Shown piece after piece: positions 37,341-50,760 of a stretch of DNA of 64,000 nucleotides; positions within the stretch are counted from its first letter, which is position 1, and every line of letters begins with the position of its first letter. The stretch is from Acanthaster planci (taxonomy: Eukaryota): contig NW_019091362.1 in NCBI RefSeq assembly GCF_001949145.1, forward strand, positions 1,495,838 through 1,559,837, written 5' to 3'. The notes beneath the pieces are model-generated. The model saw only the letters and a list, made by a program, of their open reading frames with translations. It searched no databases and had not been told where the DNA came from. A program made the position numbers and the translations under genes.

Positions 37341-40300
37341 AAGGCTTATTAGAGGGCACCATTGTGGTCACACCACGCTTGCTGATGATGGCATATGCCT
37401 CCCTGACCAATAGGGTGCTGTGATGTGACAAGATGTTTGTCTTCCTGTTCAATCACACAAGCTGGTTCCAAAGGATTAATTTGTTATTCCTGTTACATTG
37501 TTTGTACATTGTTACATTGCTTTGAGTGGTTTGTTAATAGAACTGATCACATTTGAATTGTTCAAACTACTGCTTTTGGTCAGGGCATTCACAGAGGCAG
37601 ACTGTGAGTAGTGTACAGTAATCTCTTGTGCCCCTTATGTGAGGGACGCACATCAAAAATGTTTATACATTAACTTTTCTGCCAACGATTTCTGGAAAAT
37701 TTATTCTCAACAAAATTTATGCTTATATTTCGCCCTCACGCTGGTGTAAGTTGGCTACATACTGGTTCTAGTTCATTTTGGGTTTTCGGTGAAAGCATAT
37801 TTTAGGATGTGAGGGAGAGGACTTTAATAAAATTGGGTACCTTCATCTAAGTGCACAGATTTGATTTGATTTTTTTTTACATGATATTTGCAAACATTAT
37901 AAACTTTGGTCAAGGTAAATCAAAACACTAATGGTCAAACTCTGTAACTGACAAGGAAGAAATTACTTTCAATTTCGTGAAAGCAGAGAGTTGAATTAAG
38001 TGTGAGGGATGGAAAATGTTCTGCATGAGGGACGGAAATGTGAGTCTTTGTGAAAAACAACAGCTGATGAAATATTTCACCGTACATGTAGATGCATTGA
38101 ACGAATCCCAACTGGTGTAGAAGTAGCTACTAAGAAATAAATTGACTTTATTTCAGATATTTATTGAAGATATAATGATGAGCCCTCAAAATAAATGTGA
38201 GGGACGGACAGCATCAGCGTTAGGGACGGACATTACAACCAATTAAGTTTCAACAAAGTTTTGTTAGTTTGCTTTCCACCATGTGGGACCATTCCACTAG
38301 TCAGGATGGATGCAACCTGACAAAAAGACTGGGTGGGTTGCATTTCCTACGGAGATTTCTCCTGATCAGGAGAACATCACATGAACATGTACAGGTACCT
38401 TTAAAATGCTGAACGTTGGATTTTTGTCAACTGCAGTTGACGCACATGGGAATTTTTCATGTTAAAACCGTTGGGATGGAAGGAGAAAGTTGGACCTTCC
38501 ACACACCTTTACAGTCTTTGGGTCTGCAACATCAAACCCAGCAAGTGTGGCTTACAGGTCATGATGCTACTGGCCTGAGAATTATTGTAGGGGATGGACA
38601 TGATTGAAATGGTATAACTGTAGGCAGTAAAAGCTGAGATGGAAACAATTTTGTTTGTGAGTAGTGATTAATAATTATAAATAGATAGGGGACATTTTAT
38701 TGCCATTTGATTTAGTACGTGTCTGGGAGAAAATCTTTTGATGCTCATTCATGAGGGACGGACAAAAGTACAAATGGTGCCCTCCTGTTAACAACTGTTG
38801 GGCATTCGGTTTAATCCCACCTTATTTTTACAGTAGGACAGCATGAAAGTTGTCAGTATGCAAACAATTTCAAGTCTTGAGTCCTACTCTTTCCTGAATT
38901 AGAAAACCTGCTTTTTAGAATGAAGCTTCTGTCTGTCCCTCACATTTCATAATTGTTAGTGCTATGTTGAAGGCAAGGTTTGTTCGTGTATTAATTAGTA
39001 GGGATTTTATTAAAATTCCTGTGAAGTTTAGAAAAATATAATTCTTTCTCAGTGACATGAAACACTTTTTAAGAGTTATCGATGGATTTTAATTTTTTCA
39101 TTAAATGTCACCTAGTTTTGGATCACCCCCAACCCTGTACGCACCACTTTCATGGATTACTCTTGTGCCTAATGACTAAAGGCTATCGATTCTTCCAAAA
39201 GGCTATCAAATTGTTTGCCTTAAGGTTGTGCCCGTGTTGTATGGCCAAAGTTGCACAGACACACCTTGCTTATTGTGCTTGCGTTACAAGCACAGCTGTA
39301 AAGAGTTATTTTAAAAAATAAAGATATATGTCCACCTGCATTCTTTTGTTTACAAACCATCGGTTACTATGATTGTTATACATACATGCATTGGTTACCA
39401 TATGTTTTGTCTTTTGGTGGTCTAGAAACCCTTAGTACCAGTACATGTACAAGTATTGGTATTTTTTTATGCAACTGGCACTACTCGTGAATCTCAGAAG
39501 TCCCCTCTGATTAGTGTCAACAAGAGTTGAAGCAGTTTGGCACAGTATGTCAGTCAAACGAGAGACTACATTGATTTAGCAGACTGTCACCTCTGGCCCT
39601 CTGTCTGACCTGCTTCCCAGCACAATTGTTTTTTAACTTAAAGACTGAGTTTCATGATGGTTAAATCTTCCTCATGGAATGTGACAGCTCTCACCTTTTC
39701 TCCGAGTTTCAGGTTTTGAAATTTCAAAAGGTTATCTTTGTCAAAAGTACTTGACTCAACGTCACACAAGCAAGAAAGAAAAGTGTGCTGGACACAGAAG
39801 GAATGGGAAATTCAAGAGGTGGTAACTTAAGGTTTTAACCAGATGTACCTTAAAAGTCTATAAAACCTCATTAAACCTGGAGACACGTGTAAACCCCCCC
39901 CACCTCATTCTCTTCCGAGGCAAACTTTTCTGCATTTGGCAGCATTCCGTTTCCTAAAATTACCCCATGCTGACAGAAATCTATTTCATAGTACATTCTT
40001 TCTGGGCGTTCACATACTTGAGCATGCAGGATTCTTACTACGATTTATGTCTTACGGTCGTAGGGTCACCGAGGCAGCTTCATCAGGGTTTCAGATCTCA
40101 TGCCAAAACTTATCCTTCTATTTGACCCCTGCGAACACCACATACATTATCACACACCCTGCAGGGGCACATAGCGAAGACAAACACAGTCATAAATACA
40201 GTAATTGGAACACAATGCATGGGTGTATTGCAGTATCACTTGTTGCCTTGCCAGTTCCAGGGTAACCTGCAAAAGAAAAGGGCCACTGTGATAATGTTGC

Positions 40301-40692
40301 CCTAAGGGTTATCTTTCACACTTCAATCCCACTAAATAATAGGGGTGGAAATCAAAAAGTTTAACATTGAAGGTACCAATGCAGCATTTGTCATACGCAC
40401 AATCCGTCGTTACTTGGCAACTTGGCCCAGAAACATTTAAAACCTTCTCAGGGGGGGGGAGCTAGATCCTGCCACTTTACACGTGCTTTAGGTGCTAACT
40501 GCAAATCAGTCACCACAACCCACTGTACCCTTATACAAGTACATGCACCTGTACATTTAGGTGCCCATTTTTATACCCTCTCAGTGAGGCTCATGGGTGG
40601 CGAAGAAACGCGCCCAAGGTCACAAGGTACTCGTTTGCCTATCACTGATGTGCAGTCCCTGACCCTAGAGTCGGGAATCAAAGATCCCATTT

Positions 40693-41379
40693 CAGGACTT
40701 GAATTTCAAGGGTTGGGGGGGCACTGCCATTTTGGCTTCAAGAAATGGGACATGTCATAAGGGGCACCTCGGCCAATAACAGGGGCAACAAGGCCAACAT
40801 TTCTACAAAGGAAAGGCGCTGAGGCCATGGTGTTAAATTTCTGCAAAACGAGTATAGAAACTGGAAAAATGAAAAATGGTGTTTAATGTGCTTAAGCTGT
40901 CATGTTTAAATGTTTTATAAAAACCCCGTAATCACTCCCAACATTTCCTGTGACAAAGCATCATATAACATAACGAAACAGGCACATTTTCTGACAAAGG
41001 ATTTCTTAATTTTAGAGAAAATTGATTCAGACATTTACAAACGAATTCCAGTGAATTAAACCATAGATTAAACAAAGCCACATGTTTTGCTTCAATTTTG
41101 ACGCATCTTTTTCAACTGCAAAGTGCGATCTTACCAACCATGTGGCGTGAAGATGGTTGCGTACCGGTAGACCGCAACACAATGTGAATGTGAAGTTGGA
41201 AACTTAAGCGAAATACATTGTATACATACCGTATTGTTTCAAAGGGCACCACTGCCAGGAAGAATAGGGTACATGGCCAGTTTGGGCCGTGGACAAAGTG
41301 AAACTTTCAGGGCACCGCGGCCAATTGTAAGGGCACCGACTGCCATGGCCGTGACGGCTTTAGTGAAATACGAGCCCTG
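40693..41379. mobile_element. hAT-like non-autonomous element with GGGCAC/GGCCAA subterminal repeats
   Basis: CAGGACTTGAATTTCA ... TGAAATACGAGCCCTG (13/16 complementary); no clear TSD. Confidence 0.55.
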
Positions 41380-41526
41380 ATTGTCATTTGGCGCCATGTT
41401 TAGATACAAGCGTACTTGTTAACTTGCTGTTTAAAATCATGCTTTGGACACACTTTTCTCGTAGTAGAATCTTTCCTGCCATTCTCTGTGGTAAACCTAA
41501 TTTCCTCCCTCTTTTTTCTCCCAAAG

Positions 41527-41652
41527 CCGCTGCGCGTCCTGGCCAAAGTCATGAAGGAATGCTGGTACCACAGCGCTGCCGCCCGCCTGACGGCACTCCG
41601 CATCAAGAAGACCCTGGACAACCTACGGGTGGCTGAGGACGTCAAGTTATAG
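41527..41652 (+). CDS. ALK4/5/7: Type I receptor exon 10 (last coding exon)
   Basis: [41 protein letters not shown]; pyrimidine tract + aag acceptor in phase 0; 126 nt. Confidence 0.96.
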   Translation, partial: PLRVLAKVMKECWYHSAAARLTALRIKKTLDNLRVAEDVKL

Positions 41653-44600
41653 AGCCATGGTCCAAACCAGATGGGAGAATTCTGACGGCGATGCACTTCT
41701 TCGGCCCTGTTTTGTTTTTGTTTTTTCCCTCTGGAAGAAGATAAAGTGCGATCAGACTAAACTGAAAAAGTCAACGCACAACGTGATTGGTGCGTGCAGT
41801 TGCAAATCTAAAAAGAGGGGGAATATTGCAGGAAAGACTAGAACTGTGGATTTGCTGTCGCAGTGACAACAGGTGGAGCCATTTTCCTTGTTGATTTGCC
41901 GAGCAATCTTTGCATGGAATCAATTTGTGATGGAAGCACAGGAAATATATCCCAGTGCACAAGTGGGATGAGTTTTATCATTCTCCAGAGAATGAACGAG
42001 GGGGACTTGAATCGGCCTGTCCAGTTTGACATCGCAGCACTGGTATCAACTACGACTTTTGTGGAGGGTTTGGGAAACTGGATCTCCTCACATATTTACT
42101 CTTCACCCTTTCTGCAGTCACAAGGTTTTTTTTTCCTTCTTTATTCAACAAAAGCTTTGAACACATTGTGATCTGGATATACATGTATGTATGTAGTTTC
42201 CAAGTTGATTTGAGGGAAATAACAGTCCGTCTGCGTTGCTCGAGCCTTTAGCATCCCTTCAACAACCCAGTAGAAATCAAGCTTTGGAAAATTGAGACTG
42301 AATCCCCTAATCGGTGAGGTTGGAGTAGAAGCTGTGCTATATGCTCTTCCTTTTTAACAATTCAAGCATCACCCAAGGAAAGTGTACCATATTGTATATA
42401 GAATCTTGAGGATTTTCTTAAGAAAAATTCCTAATTTCATTTTATCTCTGGCGTTAGTCTGTATAATGTTTAGCAAGTAGGGGCCAATTTCTTGGAGATG
42501 GAAGCAGTAAAATACGTCAAGCACAGATGGCATTGCTTGGCAACAACACTATCGAACATACCATAAACTGATCGGCATGTACGCTGCTCTTGATTGATTC
42601 TCAGCTGACTTGCCAGAGCTTCCGCCGTCACTGTTCCATACAGTTGAACCTTAGAGGCAAATGCTGACGGAGACTTGGGCAGTGTGTATCTCAAGGCCAG
42701 TTCACACAGCCGGCGAATGCCGAAGCGTAGCGAATTCTACGTCATAAAATGTTTGCTGCAAATTTGGCTTTGAGTTGAATTGGTGCAGATTCGCCACGTG
42801 AATTTAGTCCAGTTTCATCATGAAATCACCGTTATATTTGCTATGATGAACGGATTCCGAGATTTCCAATTTCTGGAATCCTTAGGTTCTTCTTTGTTTT
42901 TCCACAAAGCCATCATTGTAACAAAATAATTTGTCTGGTCCCTGCAACTTTGTCATAGGGAGAGTCGACTTTATTTGATCTGTCGATGCCGGAGTCCGTT
43001 TGTCTTTGTTTTCATGCCAATTGTGAACTGGCTGTCAGATTGATTTTTTTTTCTTTCCCCCCCCCTCTTAAAATGTTCTGACTGCCTAGCTTTGACTTCA
43101 GAGAGAAAACTAAAATGAACAGTTGGTCCAGGCCTTGAAGTTGCTTGGACAATTGTCTAGGCAGCCTGACAGGGTTGCGTCTCGATAGATGCCATGAGGC
43201 AGACATATACCCCTGCCATGGATCCTCTGCTGCATGGGTTCTCTGGACAGAACCTTGTCAGGTGGTGCCAACCAGCATTTGTACGTACAGTATCAAGCAG
43301 CATATTTACAATATACGTATTCATCTGCATTCGTATAGATCTGCATGTGTTTAGACTTGGCCACATTCACTAGTTAACTATCTCATTTTGAACTCTTTTA
43401 TATGTACATAAAAAGAAGAGGAAAGTTTGCATATTACATTAATGTCAAATTTTGTACGACATTCTCGTGACTTTTTTGGGTCAAGTTCACACTTGCAGAT
43501 CCAGTGGTTACTGCGGGTACACACAGGCATGAAATGGAGCATTGTCGTTAATTGTAGTTTGATTTGTTTTGTGTATGAGTATGTTTCCCCATGAGTACCT
43601 CATTGCTTTGTTGTAAGTCATACATGTGTACATGTACCTCAAATGTCAGGGCATGATAAAACTTTGGATATTTTCCTGCTATGGGAGACTTTGAAATAGT
43701 TGGTGGTGGCGAACCCACTGGTCCTGTTCACCTTTCTGAGCATTGATCGTGTTCTGGGCATGTGTGTACAGTTCTGAGCACGTGCAGTACTGTGAAAAAC
43801 GACCACTTTGTCTGCTGCCACCAGCTTCTCAAAGTCTCTTGCTTGACTGTAGTGCATCGTTTCCAAGGTGAGTCACCCACCATAGATTTCAGTTCAAACA
43901 ATTATGCGTAACTGGAGGCCTTCCAACAAATGAGGGCAATATGTTCTTTTCTCCTACAGTCCTTGAAGATGCACCATCTATAGTACCTGGTTGAGTTTGA
44001 ATGCGGGTTTGTTTGATACCCCAGGCTTTTTAATTAACCTGAAGTAACGGTGGACATAGTAATGCCTGTTGTGGGCGTGGCCTAACTTGATGGGCGTCAC
44101 CAAAAAAGAGTCGGGACTTGCAAGGCTCTTGAATCGACCTAAGCCACAGGCGGCCATCTTACTGTGCCAAATACAAAGGTGATTGGTGGCTCATGGGCTT
44201 TGTAACTGTTGTTGCTACAAATAGTTTGGTTTTATGATGACAAACCAAGCTTTGTCTCAGCATTTTATTGGCAAGGTAAGATTGTCCTGTGTGTTTTCAC
44301 TGACCTATTTGTGCCTATTAAGGGCACTGTGAGTCCAGACTTGTTTATGACATCCACGCCTAACAATAGCATTAGATATTGTGAATTGAGGAGGTTCATC
44401 CGAAGCATATTCAGGGATGTACATGTTAGTCTTGCAATAGCTCTATTCCAAGCTCCTCCGTTAAAAGTTTTAAAACAGGTTGGCCCACATACGTGTAAAC
44501 TCTTCTTGTCTGTAACACAAAACACAGAAAAAAGACAGGCAGCCACATTAGCAGTGTTACCCCCAATGTTTAAACATTCTTATAAGAGAGTGAACCAACA

Positions 44601-47600
44601 GAGAACGTTACGTTCTCATAAAATTGCTGCATGGGTTCCTCTTGACAGGCAAAAAATTGACAGACCAAATTTCACCTGTCAGTTTTGACATCAAAATGGA
44701 CATTTATTTTCATTTAAAAACTACTCCTCGGGGTTTAATCCAATTTCAGCCTCCATGGTGATATGTACGAAGAATATGTTTTGTGTTCTCAAAATGTGGC
44801 TAAAATGTGAAACCATCACGAAAACACTGAATGGGACAGTAATTTTCTGTTACCCTTCACTGTGCTCATGTGTCATGCCAGAAATTCCAAGCAAAAACTT
44901 CAAGTTGAAGAGCCCACTTCAATCCTGGTACTGTAAATTGGTCTAGAAGTCTTCAATGAGGTGAAAATCACTCTGTACAAAAAGACACGCCCTGCAAAAA
45001 AACTATAGGTATTCAAGCATTGGTGAGATACTTCACTTAGGATTCAATGGTGGGCTGGAGACATCCAAACCCCCCTTCCTCTTTCACACTGGACAGATAG
45101 GAGTTAAAACCACTTGTAGTCGTACCTACAGATGTCATTGGCTTTCCATGTTTCAATTCTGTTGGACTTCTCAAAATTAACAAATCAACACAAAGTCCAA
45201 GACCTTCTGGTTGCTATACAAATGTTCGCACATCCCATGGAATTAGGGTTAATATCCAGGGCTTAAAAATTACACTGCCAATCACTTTGTTTTCTGCCAT
45301 CAGTCTCCGTCCATTTCTTCAAGGCTGTGTCCAGTTTCCTGGAGTTGCTCAGCGGAAGGCATTGCTTGGCAGATTTTCCTGTTAAGCAAAAATAAGCGGA
45401 TAACCAATTTGAGCTAAACACAGTGGGTGTGGCATTTTAGCCAGAAACCTGTTCATGCTAAGCCTATATTTTTAACAACTTAACAATTTTCCCTGGTTAG
45501 TAAATGTCATTGACATGGAAAAACTTCAAGAGCAAAACATTGTAAAAAGAAATACCAACACAAGAATAGAAATCTCCCCATGTATGCAAGACATAGCATG
45601 TATACTACGCTTCAGAATAGTGTTTCTAATATTATGGCGACTCCATAGCCTGCCGTTAAAGGCAAATTCAACAATCTCTACTTACTAAAGACCTCATGTT
45701 CTGCAGTGCTGCATAGTTATTTGTTTCCTCTGCTTCCTGACCAGACTCGCTAGAGTCTTCTATTGACAGCGTCAATAATGATGGGCACCACCTTGTCTGT
45801 GTGTGTGCTTTGCTATGGTGCTGAGTGGACCTTGTGGTCCCCACTGACTCCATTGGAGTGATCAAAATGCAGCATGGAGGGAACTACATTTTCAAAGCCT
45901 GATTTATACCTGGGTTTTTTTTGGGGGGGGGGTTGAAAATCGTTTGACTTGTTCAAAACTAAAGTTCCTGGATTCTGGACGGTTAACCCCAAAATACATA
46001 TGCAATGGTCCAATTTCCATCAAAGTGCATGTACAATTTGTACCCTAATGTACAATGTATGTGAAGATCCATTCAAAGTTAATGTCAGATATGACCACTG
46101 AGAAAGTGTGTCAGGGAACCAGTGGATGTCATGGTACCTGATGCACATTCAGAGAGAGGCTTTGCTTGTTCTTGCTTTTCGAATCAACATTAAATGTGAA
46201 CATTATTAAGGAGTGCCTCATGTCCATGAATGCCGGTATGAAGACTGTACATGGATAGCGTACTGCCTCAAAGTCAAATCTCTGTGCACATTTGAATGGA
46301 TTTGGGAATGCAAGACAGATGCCACTAGGCTATATCAAAAATTCCAGGCTGCGGGTACAAATAACACAGTGCCAATGGGAGCCACTGCCTTGCGGCTACA
46401 CCCTCTTCCCATTGACTTGCTATTGTCTGCCGCAGCTAGTTGGTTCGGACACAACTTTCGTTTACATTGGGGGCTGGAAAATGTGCAGTACGGCAATTGT
46501 GCTGGACAGATCGTTGCCAGTTTGGGGAGATAGCAAGCATTTCACTGAGATGGGAGAGATTGGCCAAAGCGGAAGTGTTGACTTTCCTGCTCTTAGTGTA
46601 AATGTTTCTCAACCAGTGATTGCAAATTTGTGCTGATGGGGGGGGCAAGATAACAAAAAGCCTCAAATTGCCTGGCTTTGGAAATTTGAAAAACAAAGAA
46701 AGTTGGTAAGTTTAGAATAACCTCAAAATATAGATTTGTTTGTTTTCAAAATCTTTCCACCAGTAAGTGAAGGGGGTTCCTAACAGCCCATCCCCTCAGT
46801 CAAAAAGTGTGGAAGGGATGCCAGCGTTGCACACCCATGGGGTTCGCATTTTGAGAAATCTATTGTAAATTCAGGTGTTCCTTTTCAAAAAAATGAAATC
46901 AAGGGATGTTTGTCTGATACCTCAATATCTAATATACCTCAGCTGATTCATGCTCAGAAAAATCCAACAATTTGTACAAATGTGTACATTTTTAAAACTT
47001 TTATTCTAGATATGTGGAATATGTTTTTATTCCATTAAAAAATAGGAAAAGGCCAAATAATGTTGTTGAGCTCTTTAAGTTTGGGGGATGAAAGAGTAAA
47101 TTGATGTTTTGTTGGGAGATGCTAAGTATGTAACAAAATCACCTGCTAGTCATGATCATTGTAAAAACAACAGTAACCTTGAAGATGTTGGATAATCAGT
47201 GATAAATGTCTATGATAGGGTCAACAGCTTCATTGTCATTTAGACATTTCTGTGTCTTCTGAATATGTGTAACATTGAAATTGGCGTAATGATTGTATTG
47301 CGGTTATGAGTGCAGTTTTGTAAAATGAAAACCTTGCTGCTCAGTTTGCGAGAAGTTTCAAGATTTTTTTGTAGAGTAATGTATAATATGAATTTTGCTT
47401 GACGTTGCTGCAGTTAATTGACGTTATTGTTAATCCTTTTGTTACTCCTTGTTTTTAGTGATTGTGGTATATCAAAATCAGGCACTTTTGGACAAAGGTC
47501 AGAAGTAAAATGTAAACTATACTGTTTCAAATGCTGCTTTTTTGATATTCCAAAATTTGGAAGTCGTACTGAAATTTCAGTTTGAATCTTTTGCAGATCA

Positions 47601-49054
47601 TTTTAAACATTGGTAGTATCAAAAATGTGCAAAAATCTTAGAACATGAAATTAATCTGTGTCATTTCCGACTTTCTCCACATTTAGCTTTGCCCAAATTT
47701 GCCTGGTTGTGACAAAATCATGTCTTGTCTTCAGAAATCGTGTGGTGAAGCCAGATTTTGCATGGAAAAAGTAGACAGTGCTAATCCACACACTGTACAT
47801 GTCACTTAAAATATGATGGACTGTATTGTCCGTCAGTAACAGGAGATTGACGTCACAGTCATCTTGGCCTTAACCAAAACAAACCCTTTGGTGACAAAAG
47901 GAATTAGATTAGCCAGTGATGTCTGTCACGTACTAGATTAGGCTCTTAATTTCTCATTCACTGGAACCTGTTCAAAGGCCGGATGGGACGTGAGCTATTT
48001 TGTAATTTCTCCCCAAAAAGGAATGGTCCAAGGCTGGCTTGGAGGAAAATTTATAGTGAGGTTCCACATTCAGGAGAACCTAGATCTGTTAACAGTACGT
48101 CCCTTTGAGAAGAAAAAGACTCCCCCCCACCTGCCCATTAAAAAAATAAATAAAACTTGAAAATGTCTGAATTCTGTAGATTGCTTACTTCATGGGGATT
48201 TTAAAGAGCTTTAGTCTCCAGCCCATGGTCCCAGCTTCTCCTCAAACTTGCTTGCCTCAGCCCAGATTTGCCATAGTGTTTGGCACCTGTTACATCAAGT
48301 TGTTGTTACAGGGTGCCATTGTTTTTCCCCATGCCAGTCTTTGACAAGATACAGGCATGACATTAAGTTTTGGGCATTTCTTCCTCGTTTAATTTAAAAC
48401 CCTCAGACAGTTAAGTCAGAAAGATCAGAATAAACAAGCCTAAAATATATAGTCACAGGTGGTTGATATCAAAGATTAGGCCATTACCCTGAAGTAGTTT
48501 GCAGGAGTTACATGTAGCCTCGTCAGAAGGACTGTATTGAGCAAAATTAAACTTGCCATTGTTTATGTACCGGTACTTCGCTGCATATTGCTTGCGCTAC
48601 TGTCTTAGTATTGTGGTCTAGTTCATCACAAGTCCTCAAGTCACAAGCATTTCACGGAAAAGCATTCCTTTTGTCGGTGTGCATCCCCAATCACAAAATG
48701 AGGGGATGGGCGTTTGGGACTTGGTCTGCTGGGACGATATAAAATCAGATATTGCAATATGAGACTTGTGAAGAAATTGCCAGGCAGGCACAAAATGACC
48801 TGTGACTGACAAGGGATTGACTGTAGTCACAGACTTAATTACAATTTTGCTATATGAATTTGTTTATCAGCAAGACAAATGTAAAGGACTTTTCGTAGTC
48901 GATGGAGTTGGCCATTGGTTTGTGGACTTGTGACTTCTGTGGTTCTATTTAAAGTGGATATTTTAGCTATTGAATTTACTGGAAGTCAAGCATGGGATGT
49001 ATTATGACTGTAAATAGCATCTCTTGTAAACATAACCAATTGTTTCATTTGTTC

Positions 49055-49060
49055 AATAAA
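49055..49060 (+). terminator. Candidate polyadenylation signal of the receptor gene
   Basis: AATAAA ending a long T-rich/TGTA-rich tract, with a GT-rich stretch at ~49100; an alternative AATAAA lies at ~48145. Confidence 0.3.
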
Positions 49061-50059
49061 TAATTGTGTACATAACCAAAATGTTTCCTGCAGCCTCCCT
49101 GTTGTGTTGTCTTAGCCAATTCTTTACAGCTTAACAAAGTCTTGAAAATTTGCTGAGCCAAAGTTCATTAAAAAAAAATGCACTTGAAGCACTTGCTCAA
49201 GATGAAGTATTTACAGAGTTACTACCCAAGGTATTAGATATTGACTAAACTTGAAAATTACCAACAGGACAGATAAAAGAAATCTCGAAAGTGAAATCAT
49301 ATTGCAAATTGCATGAGGGTAAAATTTGAGGTACTGGATTAGGAAATTTGTGTATTTATGAAAGCGGCAGTGCTAATTATGATCAATATGAAAAACATGG
49401 TTTGAAAGAAGACCGGAAGTGATTTTACAAAGAAAGAGTTTTAAAAGGTAAATCTAATATGAGAACAATTAAGACACAAAACTTGTCAGGAATTCTTTTT
49501 TTAGGTAGTATGGGAGGCGGGCCAATCCAGTGTTTTCCACATTTTAGGGCATAAGAATATGCATGGCTTTTAGAAAATACACGTACATCTGTATGTTCAT
49601 ATATCCATTTGATGCTGAAATCTTGAATATGTTGGGGGAAACTAAAATGAAGTGGAACTCCAAAAAGATTTGCTCATGCTTTCTCATTTTTGTTTCTATT
49701 TTATGTTTTTGTTTCATGTTACACTGGGTGACCATTTTTTATATTAAATTTATCTTGAGTAGTTTAACTCGGCAATACTCAAAGAAGCATGACCAGCATT
49801 ACTTCTTCATTGGTTTGGAAAGTTCACGTGGATTGTATCAATGTAGTCTCTCCTCAAGATGCTGTTTTATTCCAGACGTGCATTTGCTTTTCCTGCACTT
49901 GAACATTTAGAACTAAAATTTGACTTCATGGAGGGGGCAGGGCTTACAACTATTTAGCAGATCTGTCTTATTTTGCAGGAAAGATTAACACGGCTTTTCA
50001 CTCTCTTTTCCTAGTCATGGAATGGAGCCACTCATTTTCCCGATCATATTTATTACATC

Positions 50060-50760
50060 AGGCAAGTTCTATAGATCACAATGTCGTCCGGGAGTCTGGT
50101 TGTTTCTTGATCCACGTGTCTGGTGGCAGAGTCTTTGGCAACGAGCTGAAAACATCTGCTGAACTGATTGGACACGTGCCAAGGCAAATCGCTTCTATGG
50201 AAGGATCGAGGAATGCCAATCTGGGCCACATTGTGGTAACTTGAAGGAGGTAATGTTGTTGATCCGTTCCCAGTGAGGTTACCAATAGAATGAATTCTTT
50301 TAAAGGAGGGGGGGAGTGCACTTTTTTTCAAGAGGGTACTGCAAGCACATTAACTGTAGCTTGTGCACAGGCTGTGTACACTTCCAAATTTTAAATAGAA
50401 GGGGGGGCAGCAGGGGCCCAGGGACTTGCTCCTTTGTTAATATGCCACTCCTCATTCCAGGAGAAGACACCACTTTCAACCCAGTCATTTTGGTGTGCCT
50501 TTGCTTGCTGTATCATCTTCGTCAGCTTCTCATTGATCAAAGGCTTCTTCCATGCCTGGTGTGACTTCAGGACAGCAACCCACGAGTTTGTTACGGACTG
50601 CCCTTGCTGAATATGTTACATTAGTCACAGCCTCTCACTCCTTAAAGGTCACTGGAGGTCAAATGATAATTCCTCAGGCTTGAACGGATGAGACAGTGGA
50701 CATCCCGTACAGCAGATACATGTCTCCCTCTCCATCCACCGGGCTGCAGTTAGGTGTTTA
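50060..50760 (-). mobile_element. Possible decayed hAT transposase C-terminus
   Basis: Minus-strand peptide MWPRLA..EAIC..PISSADVFS resembles the hAT dimerisation motif (WPxLA..P.SSAxVERxFS); upstream broken frames include INEKLTK and EEWHI. Confidence 0.3.

Noticed and set aside
44209..44688. 159-aa ORF downstream of the receptor
   Set aside because: No recognisable domain, low GC3, non-ATG start; probably repeat or UTR
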